This document shows, in pieces, positions 31,862 through 41,480 of a DNA stretch of 64,000 nucleotides. The stretch spans positions 3,338 to 67,337 of the forward strand of contig CATLFA010000007.1 in NCBI GenBank assembly GCA_949927585.1. Reading direction: 5' to 3'. The position numbers were made by a program, and so were the translations under genes. Position 1 is the first letter of the stretch. Every line of letters begins with the position of its first letter. The DNA comes from an uncultured Clostridiaceae bacterium. Its GTDB lineage: Bacteria > Bacillota > Clostridia > TANB77 > CAG-508. The notes under the pieces were generated by a model that saw only the letters and a list, made by a program, of their open reading frames with translations, was not told the DNA's origin and did not search any database.

Positions 31862-32202
31862 ATGAAGGAAAACAAAAAAACACATTAAAAGTTATAGATT
31901 AAAATATCAAGAGAACACGTCTGTTAAAAGGTATAACACAAGAAGAACTAGCAGAAAAGCTAGATAAAAGTATAAATTTCATTAGCTTAATTGAGAGAGG
32001 CGAAAGTGGTATCAGTATTTCTACTATTATAGATATATGTAATGCACTTCAAATCAACTCTGATGAACTATTTAATGGCTTGATAGATAAGCAAGTTATT
32101 ACAGATGATGAATTTATTACTAATTCCTTAAATATGTTCAACAAAGAAGATAAGGAAATTGTTAAGGGACTTATTGAATATATCATCAACTCTAAAAAGT
32201 AA
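31862..32202 (+). pseudogene. XRE-family HTH regulator remnant (N-terminus disrupted)
   Basis: The frame reading NIKRTRLLKGITQEELAEKLDKSINFISLIERGESGISISTIIDICNALQINSDELF has no start codon after an in-frame TAA. The only ATG (31862) is in another frame and stops after 8 codons, next to an A7 run. Confidence 0.5.
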
Positions 32203-32411
32203 CACTATTGTTCTATATTGTCTATATTAAAATTAGATAGTTTTATTCCCGTTTACGTTTGTTAAACGGTTTAGTTCACCACTAAATTTGCCTATCGGCA
32301 AGAGTGAATAGTTAAAAGTATGTTTGTACTCTTAATATTCACTCTTTATTTTTGTTCAATTATGAGACTTGAGATTGCTTTCTTAAATAGTATTAACCCT
32401 TTCTTTATGGC

Positions 32412-33599
32412 CTAAAAACTTATAATCTCATTATATATGTCAATAGCATACTTATCAGTCATTCCAGATATATAATATATAATTGCTCTTGCATAGTCTT
32501 TTTTACTTTTTAAGTCAAATAGTTTCTTATTTATTCCTTGCCTACAATTTTTTGTATATGTTTCTAACCACATTATAAATCCTTCTATTAATCTTGGATA
32601 TATATTTTGTTCTTGTTTTAATCTAATTATTGTGTTTTCTTCATCATATCTATTATATAATGTTCTAAATATTTCTTCTAATACAAGCTTAAAGTATCTA
32701 TTTGCACTTTCTACTTTCTCATTTGTATATATATTTTTTATACAAAATTGGTTCATTTTATCTAAAAGTTCAACTTTTTCTTTTGAAAACTTCAGTCCTT
32801 CTTCTGGTGAACTATTTTCGCATAAATCTCTAATTAGTGTGCTAATAATATTTGTATTATTCATATTTTTTCCTAAATTTAAAATTTTGTCTAATTCGTC
32901 TATTTGTTTTTTATTTAATATTTGAACAGATATTGAATCTTCTAAATCTCTCCCTATATATGAAATTCTATCTGAAAGTTTTACAACACAAGCTTCCCAA
33001 GTATATGGTTTATATTCGTTTGGTTTTGTGTAATCACTTAATTGTATTGCTTCTTCTCTTGGAAATAGTACTTTATCATTTACTTCTCCACAATGTGATA
33101 TTATTCCATCCCTTACTGCATATGTTAAATTTAAATTTCTTCTGTAGCCGTCATGGTTTTCTAATAATATTAAATTATCCACTGCATTTAAACCATTTTT
33201 TTCGTGCCAAAAATTTTCTCCTATTTCTCTTGTACATATTTCATTTAATACATGTTCTCCTTGATGTCCAAATGGGCTATGTCCTAAATCATGCGAAATT
33301 GCAATTGCCTTTGTAAGTTCTGTGTTTAATCCTAATGTATTTGCAATAGTATAACTTATAGACTCTACATGGTTTACATGTTCTATACGTGTACATATAT
33401 GGTCACTTGCAGGTGAAAAATATATTTGTGTTTTATGCTTTAATCTTCTATATGCTGTTGAATATATTACTCTTGTATAATCTCTTTCAAATTCTGTTCT
33501 AATATCTCCACTTTTCTTTCCTAATGGGCTTTCTCTTTTTATCATTTGTTCCCATTTTGGATTTTTTTCATTTGCTGCTACATTTTCAAATTTCTTCAT
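32412..33599 (-). CDS. dgt: dGTPase-like HD-domain triphosphohydrolase
   Basis: FERDYTRVIYSTAYRRLKHKTQ, RIEHVNHV and HDLGHSPFGH motifs. Confidence 0.88.
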   Translation of the reverse strand: MKKFENVAANEKNPKWEQMIKRESPLGKKSGDIRTEFERDYTRVIYSTAYRRLKHKTQIYFSPASDHICTRIEHVNHVESISYTIANTLGLNTELTKAIAISHDLGHSPFGHQGEHVLNEICTREIGENFWHEKNGLNAVDNLILLENHDGYRRNLNLTYAVRDGIISHCGEVNDKVLFPREEAIQLSDYTKPNEYKPYTWEACVVKLSDRISYIGRDLEDSISVQILNKKQIDELDKILNLGKNMNNTNIISTLIRDLCENSSPEEGLKFSKEKVELLDKMNQFCIKNIYTNEKVESANRYFKLVLEEIFRTLYNRYDEENTIIRLKQEQNIYPRLIEGFIMWLETYTKNCRQGINKKLFDLKSKKDYARAIIYYISGMTDKYAIDIYNEIISF

Positions 33600-33615
33600 A
33601 TATATTCCCTCTTCT

Positions 33616-33870
33616 TTATTTTATAGCTATAATCATTTCTTCTAATGCTTTTGCTATTTGGTCTGGACAGGATGTTCCTTTTCCATTACAATCTATCCCT
33701 TTTAATCTTTTTATAACTTCTTCTATATTCATACCTCTTACAAGTTTTGAAATTCCTTGTAAATTTCCGTTGCATCCTCCTATTACTAACAATTCTTTCA
33801 CAATTCCTTCTTCAACTTCTAATTCAATTTTCCTTGAACAAACTCCTTTTGGTTTGTATGTATATTTCAT
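33616..33870 (-). CDS. TSCPD-type four-Cys small protein (TIGR03905-like)
   Basis: 84 aa with GVCSRKIE...GGCNGNLQG...GTSCPDQIA. Confidence 0.8.
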   Translation of the reverse strand: MKYTYKPKGVCSRKIELEVEEGIVKELLVIGGCNGNLQGISKLVRGMNIEEVIKRLKGIDCNGKGTSCPDQIAKALEEMIIAIK

Positions 33871-33975
33871 TTTTTGTCCCTTTCTTTCTCCTTTTTTACT
33901 TATTTTACTATGTATTTAAAGTATTTTCAACTATTTTTTGTTTTTATTTTAAATTTAAAAATTTAATGTTTTAAC

Positions 33976-34001
33976 TTCTATTTAATTATAATTAAATAGA
34001 A
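33976..34001. promoter_or_regulatory. Perfect 26-bp palindrome upstream of the TSCPD-dgt pair (candidate operator)
   Basis: TTCTATTTAATTATAATTAAATAGAA is its own reverse complement. It lies ~105-130 bp upstream of the start at 33870. Confidence 0.35.
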
Positions 34002-34101
34002 AAAATAGTAATTTATAATTTTAAGGTATCCTTATAATTATTTAGAAATTTTTTCAAATAGAATGACTCAGAAACTTTTATTTCTGAGTCATTCTATTTT
34101 A

Positions 34102-35187
34102 TTATTTCTCTTCTTCTTTCATTTTAAAAAATTCTTTATATCCTATACATACAACTGCAATTACCATTAGTGCAAATGATATTGCCTTCCATATGCTACT
34201 TTCAAATAATATTACTGCGAACATTCCACATGCAACACTTATTCCATACAATATTAATACTGCTTCTTTTTGCGAAAATCCTCTATTGATTAGTTTATGA
34301 TGTAAATGTCCTTTATCTGCTTGTATTACTGCTTTTAAAGATTTCCCCTTTATTAATCTCCTTATTATTGCAGATACAGTATCAAATATTGGAAGTCCTA
34401 ATACTATTATTGGCAAAACTACGATAAATGCTGTTGCTGTTTTTGCTACTCCTAATATTGAAACTACTGCAAGTGTAAACCCTATAAAATTAGAACCTAT
34501 ATCTCCTACAAATGTCTTTGCAGGATTAAAATTAAATGGTAAGAAACCTGATAATGCTCCAACTAAACAAGTTATCATTATTATTGCAATTAATGGTGAG
34601 CCATTTAATGCAAATATTATAAGTAATGATACTGATGATATTATTGCTATACCAGTAGATAGTCCATCTAGTCCATCAATTAAGTTAATTGCATTTGTAA
34701 TTCCTACTAGCCAACCTATTGTTAAAATAATTGAAAACAATTCACTTATTATAATATTCCCCTGAAAAAATGGTAAATTAAAATTATTTATTCTTATTCC
34801 AAAGGCCACTACAATACCTGCTGCAATTAGTTGACCTACTAGCTTTACTAATGGGTGTATTCCTTTTATGTCATCAAAAAAACATACAAAACTTAAAATT
34901 AATATTCCTAAGAAAAATCCTATTAATTTTAATATATAGTTTTCTACACCAAATAAATTTAAATTTCCTTCTAATGAAGATGTTACACATAAGTATACAG
35001 TGGCTAATAAAAAACCTACTATTATTGCTGGTCCTCCAAACTTTGGTATTGGTTTATTATGCATTCTTCTTTCATCCTTTGGTATATCTACTGCCCCTAT
35101 TTTCTTTGCTATTTTTATTGTGTATGGTGTTAGTACAAATGTTGTTATAAATGCCAATAAAAAAGCTATTGCTATATCTCCCCACAT
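34102..35187 (-). CDS. tagO: Undecaprenyl-phosphate GlcNAc-1-phosphate transferase (WecA/TagO, MraY-like GT4 family)
   Basis: Polytopic. KDERRMHNKPIPKFGG and NAINLIDGLDGLSTG motifs. Confidence 0.85.
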   Translation of the reverse strand: MWGDIAIAFLLAFITTFVLTPYTIKIAKKIGAVDIPKDERRMHNKPIPKFGGPAIIVGFLLATVYLCVTSSLEGNLNLFGVENYILKLIGFFLGILILSFVCFFDDIKGIHPLVKLVGQLIAAGIVVAFGIRINNFNLPFFQGNIIISELFSIILTIGWLVGITNAINLIDGLDGLSTGIAIISSVSLLIIFALNGSPLIAIIMITCLVGALSGFLPFNFNPAKTFVGDIGSNFIGFTLAVVSILGVAKTATAFIVVLPIIVLGLPIFDTVSAIIRRLIKGKSLKAVIQADKGHLHHKLINRGFSQKEAVLILYGISVACGMFAVILFESSIWKAISFALMVIAVVCIGYKEFFKMKEEEK

Positions 35188-35261
35188 AGGCTAAACCTCC
35201 TATGTAAATTAATATACCACAATAGCTTTAATTTTACAATGTTTTATCTAAAATTTAGAAT

Positions 35262-37063
35262 TTAATTATTAGTATAATACGCTTCATAACTTCCATTATT
35301 TATATATCCAATGTTACAACTACCTGTTCCACCTGCTCCTCCTATTGCATTTCTAGTTCCATTACTTGCAATTCCTCCGTTGTCCTCCTAATACATTTAT
35401 ATTTGATGAGATTGTATCATTGGCATATGTTACTGTTTGAATAAATATGTTTATTGTTCCACCTCCAGATGCTCCTCCTCCAGCTGCTCCACTTCCGGTC
35501 TACACCATTCCACAGATTTCCTCCTCCAGCTACACATGAACCTCCATTTGCTCCAGTTGCACAAAATAAACTATTATTTCCTATTACTAAGTTTTTAGCA
35601 TATGCTATAAGTAGTCCTCCTGTGCCTAGTGAACCATTCTCGGCCGATACAGCTTGACGTGACTTCACCCCTAAACCAACACTAGCTCCTGCACCACCTC
35701 CTGTTGCACATTTAAAATAGTCATAAGACCCATCCATTATTGCTCCTGAACCTCCTGATGTTGTAATTGCATCTTTAGGAGTAGCTGCAAAATTATTGCT
35801 ATGTCTTGCTGTTCCTCCTCCTCCAGCTCCTGCTCCATAAGATGTTCCAGTTCCTCCTATTGATCCATTTTGACTATAATATGCATTTTGAACAGCAACT
35901 CCACCTGAGCCACCACCTGCTGTTGCCCTTTTTACTCCTGAGCCAGATAAGTAAATATTTGTAGATGCATTTTCACCACTATTTCCATTTTTAGCACTTC
36001 CTTGACTAGCAGATACTCTACTTGCTCCACTTGCTCCTAAAGCTGGAACATATTCATAAGTGCTGTTTTTATTTTTCCATAAATATACATCTTCTCCTTC
36101 TGCTTTTGCCCCATAATTATTTTGAATAATTCCATTATTTGTTAATGTTTCTGCACAATACAATAAGAAACCTTTTGGCCCACCATTATTAGAATAGTAT
36201 GGTGCTACAGTTACTCCTTCATTTATTGTTAAGTTACCTTTTACCTTTACTATTACCATATTTTTTGCATTTGAACTATTTGTTGCAACATCACCTGCAT
36301 CTCCATATATTTTATTACTTTCAAGTATTAAGTCTCCATTTTCTACATATGTATGAGCATTATATTGTTTATCTTTTATTGCTATTCTATAATAATTATT
36401 ATTTTTCATAATAGCATTTCCTGTTGCTGATATTAGGCTTTCACTTACTATTAATGCTATTTTTCCATTACCATTATCAATAGTTATTCCATCTTTTGAT
36501 ACTAACTTTGCTGTTATAGTATAATTTTCTGTTTCTAATACATCAAACTCCTCTGTATATTCTTTCCAAGTTTCGCCATCATCTAAACTATAATATTTTA
36601 TTATATTTTCACCACTACCATTTACTTTTATAGTTTTGGTTGTTCCATCATTTAGGGTATCTATGTTTGATACTTGTACAAGTTGCTCATTAACAGCTAT
36701 TATTGTATATTTTTCTTCTAGTTCTTCCCCCATCAATTTTACTTTTACATCATATCCTGTTGCATCTTCTACTGTTCTATCTAGTGCTACTCTTGTTTTT
36801 CCATTACAATTAATAGTTAAATTTGAAACTGTTATTTTATCTATTCCTTTTTGATTTTCTATAATTATTACTATATCTAATTCTTTTCCATTAATTTGAG
36901 TTATTTCATATTTAACTTGAGTCTCTACTATTATGTCTTCAGCTCTTTGTTTTATTACATTTGATATTGTACTTATGATATTTGTTTTTTGTAATAATAT
37001 TAATAAAAATAATAATATTATAATTATAGCTATAATCAATTTTATTTTTTTATTCCTTTTCAT
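35262..37063 (-). CDS. Membrane-anchored Gly-rich surface protein; the frame requires two +1 shifts at CGG (35495-35497 and 35377-35379)
   Basis: Track ORF 35417..37063 ends in non-Gly-rich residues after GAC-CGG. The +1 frame continues GSGAAGGGASGGGTINIF...NVLGGQ-CGG, and a further +1 gives GGIASNGTRNAIGGAGGTGSCNIGYINNGSYEAYYTNN*. Total length is 3n+2. Confidence 0.65.
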
Positions 37064-37404
37064 TTTTCTTCTTTTTCTTCCTTTTTCTCTTTTGATTATT
37101 TTCTATAATGTAATTTTAGTTTAACTTTATAATCTGGTTTAATTTTATCATTAACAATTTTGTTTATGAAGTATTTGTATGTTTTTTATTTACAATATTT
37201 TTACATAAATATTTTGTAGAAGATAAAGTACTTGTTCTGTTTATCCTGTTGCTGATAATATACATGAATTTATCACTGAATTTTATTTATTACGCCTTCG
37301 CAACTTTTAAATCCGTTTGTTGCTCCTAATACACTTGAAATTGTTAAGTATATTACATTTGTATAATATCCTTTTAAATTTGTTAATACTAAAAGGCTTA
37401 CTTA

Positions 37405-38113
37405 CTATTTAAAGTAATCTATTATCCCATTATAAATTCCCCATGCTAGTTTATCTTGATAGCTATCTTCTAGTAGTAGCTTTTCTTCTTCTTTATTTGA
37501 TAAAAAACCACATTCTACTATTGATATTGGTATCTCTATATGTTTCATAATATATACTGTATCTAGTTTCATAGCTACTCTTTTATTTTCTTTTTGTATA
37601 GCTTCGTTTAAATTTTCTTGTAGGCTTTTTGCAAGTTTTATACTATTTTCATCTCCATTTTTATAAAAACATTGCCAACCCCAATATTGTTCCTGAGGTA
37701 TTTTATTTAGGTGTATTGATACAAATATATCTGCTGATGACTCATTTCCTATTTTTACTCTATTATGTATGTCTGATATTTTCTTCTGTTTTAATGTTTT
37801 ACTATCTATATCATATATAGCGTTTTCGTCACTTCTTGTTAATATTACTGTCGCTCCTGATTGTTCTAATAAGCTTTGAGTTTTTAATGCTATTTTTAGG
37901 TTTGTTTGTGCCTCTGTTGTTCCGTGTACTACTTTGTGCTCCTTCATCAGGTACTCCATGTCCAGCATCTATTACAATTACTTTATTACTTACAGGTAAA
38001 GCTACTGTTTGAATGGTATTTTCCACTTTATTTGTTATAACACTAAAAGCAAATATAGATAAAAAAATTAACAAGCTACAAATTATAATCTTTCTCTTTT
38101 CTAGTATAATCAT
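37405..38113 (-). CDS. cwlD: N-acetylmuramoyl-L-alanine amidase CwlD-like; the frame requires a +1 shift at CGG 37922-37924
   Basis: MIILEKRK..VIVIDAGHGVPDEGAQSST-CGG is followed in the +1 frame by GTTEAQTNLKIALKTQSLLEQSGATVILTRSDE...VSIHLN...ECGFLSN. Length is 3n+1. The AAGGAG RBS precedes ATG 38113. Confidence 0.8.
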
Positions 38114-38238
38114 ATTTTCTCCTTCCACACGAAGCGTGTACTCTTCACCCTTCACTGTTTATTATTCACTATATAAAAACGTCCACCTCATAAATTATAT
38201 GAGGTGGATGTTTTTTTTATTCTATATTTAACCTTATA

Positions 38239-39402
38239 CTAATAAAGTGCAAAATTAGTATTATCCTTTGTTACTTCTTTTCTAAGTTCTGCTACCTTAA
38301 CTCTGTCCTTAGAGTCATATACTTCGTGCATCAAAGCTTCAAAAACATAGTTAGTAGTATTGGCAAGTTCACGTGCCCCTGTTTTATAATCTAAAGTTGC
38401 TTCTGCAACTTCTTTGAAAAAGTCATCATAAACTTCAAGTTTTATTCCTAAATTTGCTAACCCTCTTTCATACATTCTGAATATAGAATCTTTAGATTCT
38501 TTCTGTATTCTTATTAATATTTGTGTATCTATTGGATTTGTTACATGTATTTTATTTATTCTTCCTAATATCTCAGGTGTAAAACCATATTCTAATAAGT
38601 CTTCTTTTGTATAAATACTCTTTTCTGGTGATAATATTTTTGACTTATCCTTTTTGTCGTTTATGAAAAATCCCATATGCTTTTCTTCTAACCTTTTCTT
38701 TTTTATTTCCTCTATGCCTGAGCATGCATCCATTAAGAAAATTTTCAAGTTTTTGGTCTCAAATTTAAAGGTTCTATTGTCAACTTTAATATTCATAGGT
38801 GAACCTGATAAAATAGGAAGTAAAGAGTCTAATACACCTTCTCCGCTAACGTCTCTACCATCATTATTCTTTCCACGTCCCTTTGTTGTTTTTTTACCTA
38901 TTTCATCTATAATAAGAATTCCATTTTCAGCTTTTTGAAAGTCTTTTCCTGCATTTTTAAATAGATTTGTTAACATTGTGTTTACACTCTCTCCAACATA
39001 ACCTTCCTGAGTATATTGGGTTGCATTTTCAATGGTATATGCTAATCCCATTTCTTTGCAGAACGTTTCCATGGTTAATGTTTTACCTGTCCCACTTCCT
39101 CCCATTATAAAATCTACACATCTAATGTTCATATAGTGTGCATTATAAAGGGATGTTGCAACACTTCTAATTAGCTCATCCTGCCCTACAACAATTTCTT
39201 TTACACATTCCTCAATATCACTAATTCGTGGATATGCTTCTAGTTCATCTAATTGAAAGGGAATATAACTTGTTAACGGTGTATCTCCTCCATATTCTAT
39301 TTTTGGTTCTTCTTTTATTTCCTTTTCTTGTGTTATTTCTGTTTTACTAAATTCTTCTGTCGATGGAAGTTGTTTAAATGGTACTATTTCGTTTTTCTTC
39401 AT
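38239..39402 (-). CDS. ClpX-like AAA+ ATPase lacking the N-terminal zinc-binding domain
   Basis: Walker A is GGSGTGKT and Walker B is ILIIDEIGK. The GYVG pore loop (TQEGYVGESV), RDVSGEGV, and GAREL near the C-terminus also match. There are no Cys-cluster N-domain residues. Confidence 0.8.
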   Translation of the reverse strand: MKKNEIVPFKQLPSTEEFSKTEITQEKEIKEEPKIEYGGDTPLTSYIPFQLDELEAYPRISDIEECVKEIVVGQDELIRSVATSLYNAHYMNIRCVDFIMGGSGTGKTLTMETFCKEMGLAYTIENATQYTQEGYVGESVNTMLTNLFKNAGKDFQKAENGILIIDEIGKKTTKGRGKNNDGRDVSGEGVLDSLLPILSGSPMNIKVDNRTFKFETKNLKIFLMDACSGIEEIKKKRLEEKHMGFFINDKKDKSKILSPEKSIYTKEDLLEYGFTPEILGRINKIHVTNPIDTQILIRIQKESKDSIFRMYERGLANLGIKLEVYDDFFKEVAEATLDYKTGARELANTTNYVFEALMHEVYDSKDRVKVAELRKEVTKDNTNFALY

Positions 39403-39503
39403 ATCTATTCCTCCTTATTTAAAAAGAAATTGACTGGTTACAAAAAAATATAGACATATTATATAATCTTTTACATAATATGTCTATACTTTTTTACAAT
39501 TTA

Positions 39504-40430
39504 CTACTTTTTTCTTTTATCTATAACATATGTACTACCTTGTATCGTTTTAGCTAAATGTTTTACGCTTGCTCCTGCTTCTGCTATTTCTAACACATTT
39601 TGAAATTTCCCATTCTCAACTTCTACTACTCCTATTGAAATCGAAGTAAGTGGAAATTGCTCTATTATTCCTCTTCTGTTTGCGACTTCTATATACCCTT
39701 TTGTAATATCCTCTTCATTATAATATCTTTGTACATTAATATCAAAGTCTGCTATTATACTTTGGCATATATTTTCTGTATCTTTTTTAGATACTATTGC
39801 TATAAAATCGTCTCCACCTATATGACCTACAAAGCTATCTTCATATTCTTCTGTATGAACATTTTTTAATATTACCTTTGCTGTAAACTTTATTATTTCG
39901 TCACCTTTCATAAATCCATACACATCATTATATGCTTTAAAATTATCTAAATCGAAGTATAACATCGAAAATTTTTCTTTATTTAAAAATCTTTTTTTTA
40001 TTTCTGCTTGAATTTGTACATTTCCTGGAAGCCCTGTTAGTGGGCTTACTCTTCTATTTATATATAATAGTTTTAATACATTTATAATTGTAAAATATAA
40101 ATACTGTTCATCTATTGGTGGCCTTATATAATGTGATACTCCTAGTTCTAACATTTTTAGTTTATGCTCATGTTCTTTATTAGATGTAATTACTATTATT
40201 GGAGTTATACTATTATCTTCATCGCTTTTTATTCTTTTGCATATTTCCATTGCATCTGACTCAGAACTATCTTCATTTATTATTATTAATGAAGGTATAT
40301 TTTTTAATGCAATATTTATTTCACTTTTATTTACTTTTGTTATCTTATAATCTTTTTCTTCTTTAAATATATTTTTTAGTTTTTCTTGTAGTTCTTGGTG
40401 ATCATCTATTAAATAAATCTCCTGTATCAT
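39504..40430 (-). CDS. Response-regulator receiver (atypical) fused to a GGDEF diguanylate cyclase domain
   Basis: N-terminal IYLIDD...PIIVITS. The GGDEF domain reads FSMLYFDLDNFKAYND...HIGGDDFIAIV. The receiver has IIINED at the acceptor position and YIRPP instead of KP. Confidence 0.8.
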   Translation of the reverse strand: MIQEIYLIDDHQELQEKLKNIFKEEKDYKITKVNKSEINIALKNIPSLIIINEDSSESDAMEICKRIKSDEDNSITPIIVITSNKEHEHKLKMLELGVSHYIRPPIDEQYLYFTIINVLKLLYINRRVSPLTGLPGNVQIQAEIKKRFLNKEKFSMLYFDLDNFKAYNDVYGFMKGDEIIKFTAKVILKNVHTEEYEDSFVGHIGGDDFIAIVSKKDTENICQSIIADFDINVQRYYNEEDITKGYIEVANRRGIIEQFPLTSISIGVVEVENGKFQNVLEIAEAGASVKHLAKTIQGSTYVIDKRKK

Positions 40431-40457
40431 TAGTTACTCCTTCTTTTGTTTTTTTAT

Positions 40458-41378
40458 TTATACTGTTGCATGTGCTGTTAATTGTTCTGATAAACCGCTT
40501 ACACTATATGCTGTTATTGTAATTGTATTTTCTCCTGCTATAAGTTTTTGCCTTAGTGATACTTCCTTCATATCCAATGAAGCTCCTGTATTTTGCCAAT
40601 CTGTTGAATAGAACTCTCCATTTACTGTTAATTCTACTTTTTTAACATTTTCCTCATCTGTTATTACTATTACTAACTCATCATTTTCTTGTGAAACTTT
40701 TATTTCTGGCTTTTTAGCACCTTTGAAGGTTTGTGTTTTAGTTTGTTCATTTCCTGCTTTATCTACTGCTATAACAGTAAGTATATGTTCTCCTTTTAAA
40801 ATAGAAATTTTCTCTTCTATTTGAGTTTTTGAGTCTTCTCTTACTTCTAAAGTAGTATTATCCTCATTATCCCAACGATACATTATATATTTAAGCTCTG
40901 TTTCATCTTTTGCTACTATTTTTACTTTTGAACCTTCTACTATAAACTCTATTTCTGGTTTTATTAGGTCTTCATCTATTCTAGAAAATTCCTTTTTATA
41001 TGTATATTCCTTTTTGTCTATATCTATTATTTTTAAGTTTAAAGTATTTGTTCCTACTGGCAAGTCTATTTCTTCACTTATCTGGGCTTGTCCTCTTCCT
41101 TGAAGAGTATTTTCATTTTCATTATTCCAAAAATAAATTATTTTATCTATAACTTTTTCATGTATTATATTTAATTGTACTTTACCATCAATCTCTTCTA
41201 CTCTAATTGTTGGCTCTATTAGTTTTTCATTAGTTTTTGATGAAACTAGAGAAAACACTCCCTTTCCTACTAATATAGCACCTAATATTATCATTAATAT
41301 TACAAATATTTTTATAATAGTATTTATTTCTAATGAATTACCTTTTTTTGGTTTTTCAACAAATAAAATTTGATTCAT
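40458..41378 (-). CDS. Membrane-anchored protein with three Ig-like repeats
   Basis: I place the start at MNQILFVEKPKK (GAGGTGA RBS). It has one TM, then three ~80-aa repeats of pattern xVxLxIIxxxxIDKIIYxWNNE / KYIMYRWDNED / VKKVELTVNGE. Confidence 0.7.
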   Translation of the reverse strand: MNQILFVEKPKKGNSLEINTIIKIFVILMIILGAILVGKGVFSLVSSKTNEKLIEPTIRVEEIDGKVQLNIIHEKVIDKIIYFWNNENENTLQGRGQAQISEEIDLPVGTNTLNLKIIDIDKKEYTYKKEFSRIDEDLIKPEIEFIVEGSKVKIVAKDETELKYIMYRWDNEDNTTLEVREDSKTQIEEKISILKGEHILTVIAVDKAGNEQTKTQTFKGAKKPEIKVSQENDELVIVITDEENVKKVELTVNGEFYSTDWQNTGASLDMKEVSLRQKLIAGENTITITAYSVSGLSEQLTAHATV

Positions 41379-41480
41379 ATTTTCACCTCTTATTATAAAT
41401 ATAATATAACACAAGGTATTTTTTTTGTAAAGATAAAATAAATAAAAATGGTAGACATTATCTACCATTTTTGTTATTTA

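Noticed and set aside
37270-37400. A minus-strand open frame ending ...SSVLGATNGFKSCEGVINKIQ*, downstream of cwlD.
   Set aside because: There is no ATG, GTG or TTG start after the preceding stop, and no RBS. It is probably non-coding or a relic.
38114-38155. Upstream extensions of track ORFs: cwlD (38114..38155), the Ig protein (41379..41468), the 19046 gene (19379..19474), the 29984 gene (31694..31732) and mraZ (25101..25139).
   Set aside because: In each case an internal start has a canonical GGAGG-type RBS at 5-10 nt, and the extension lacks both an RBS and conservation.
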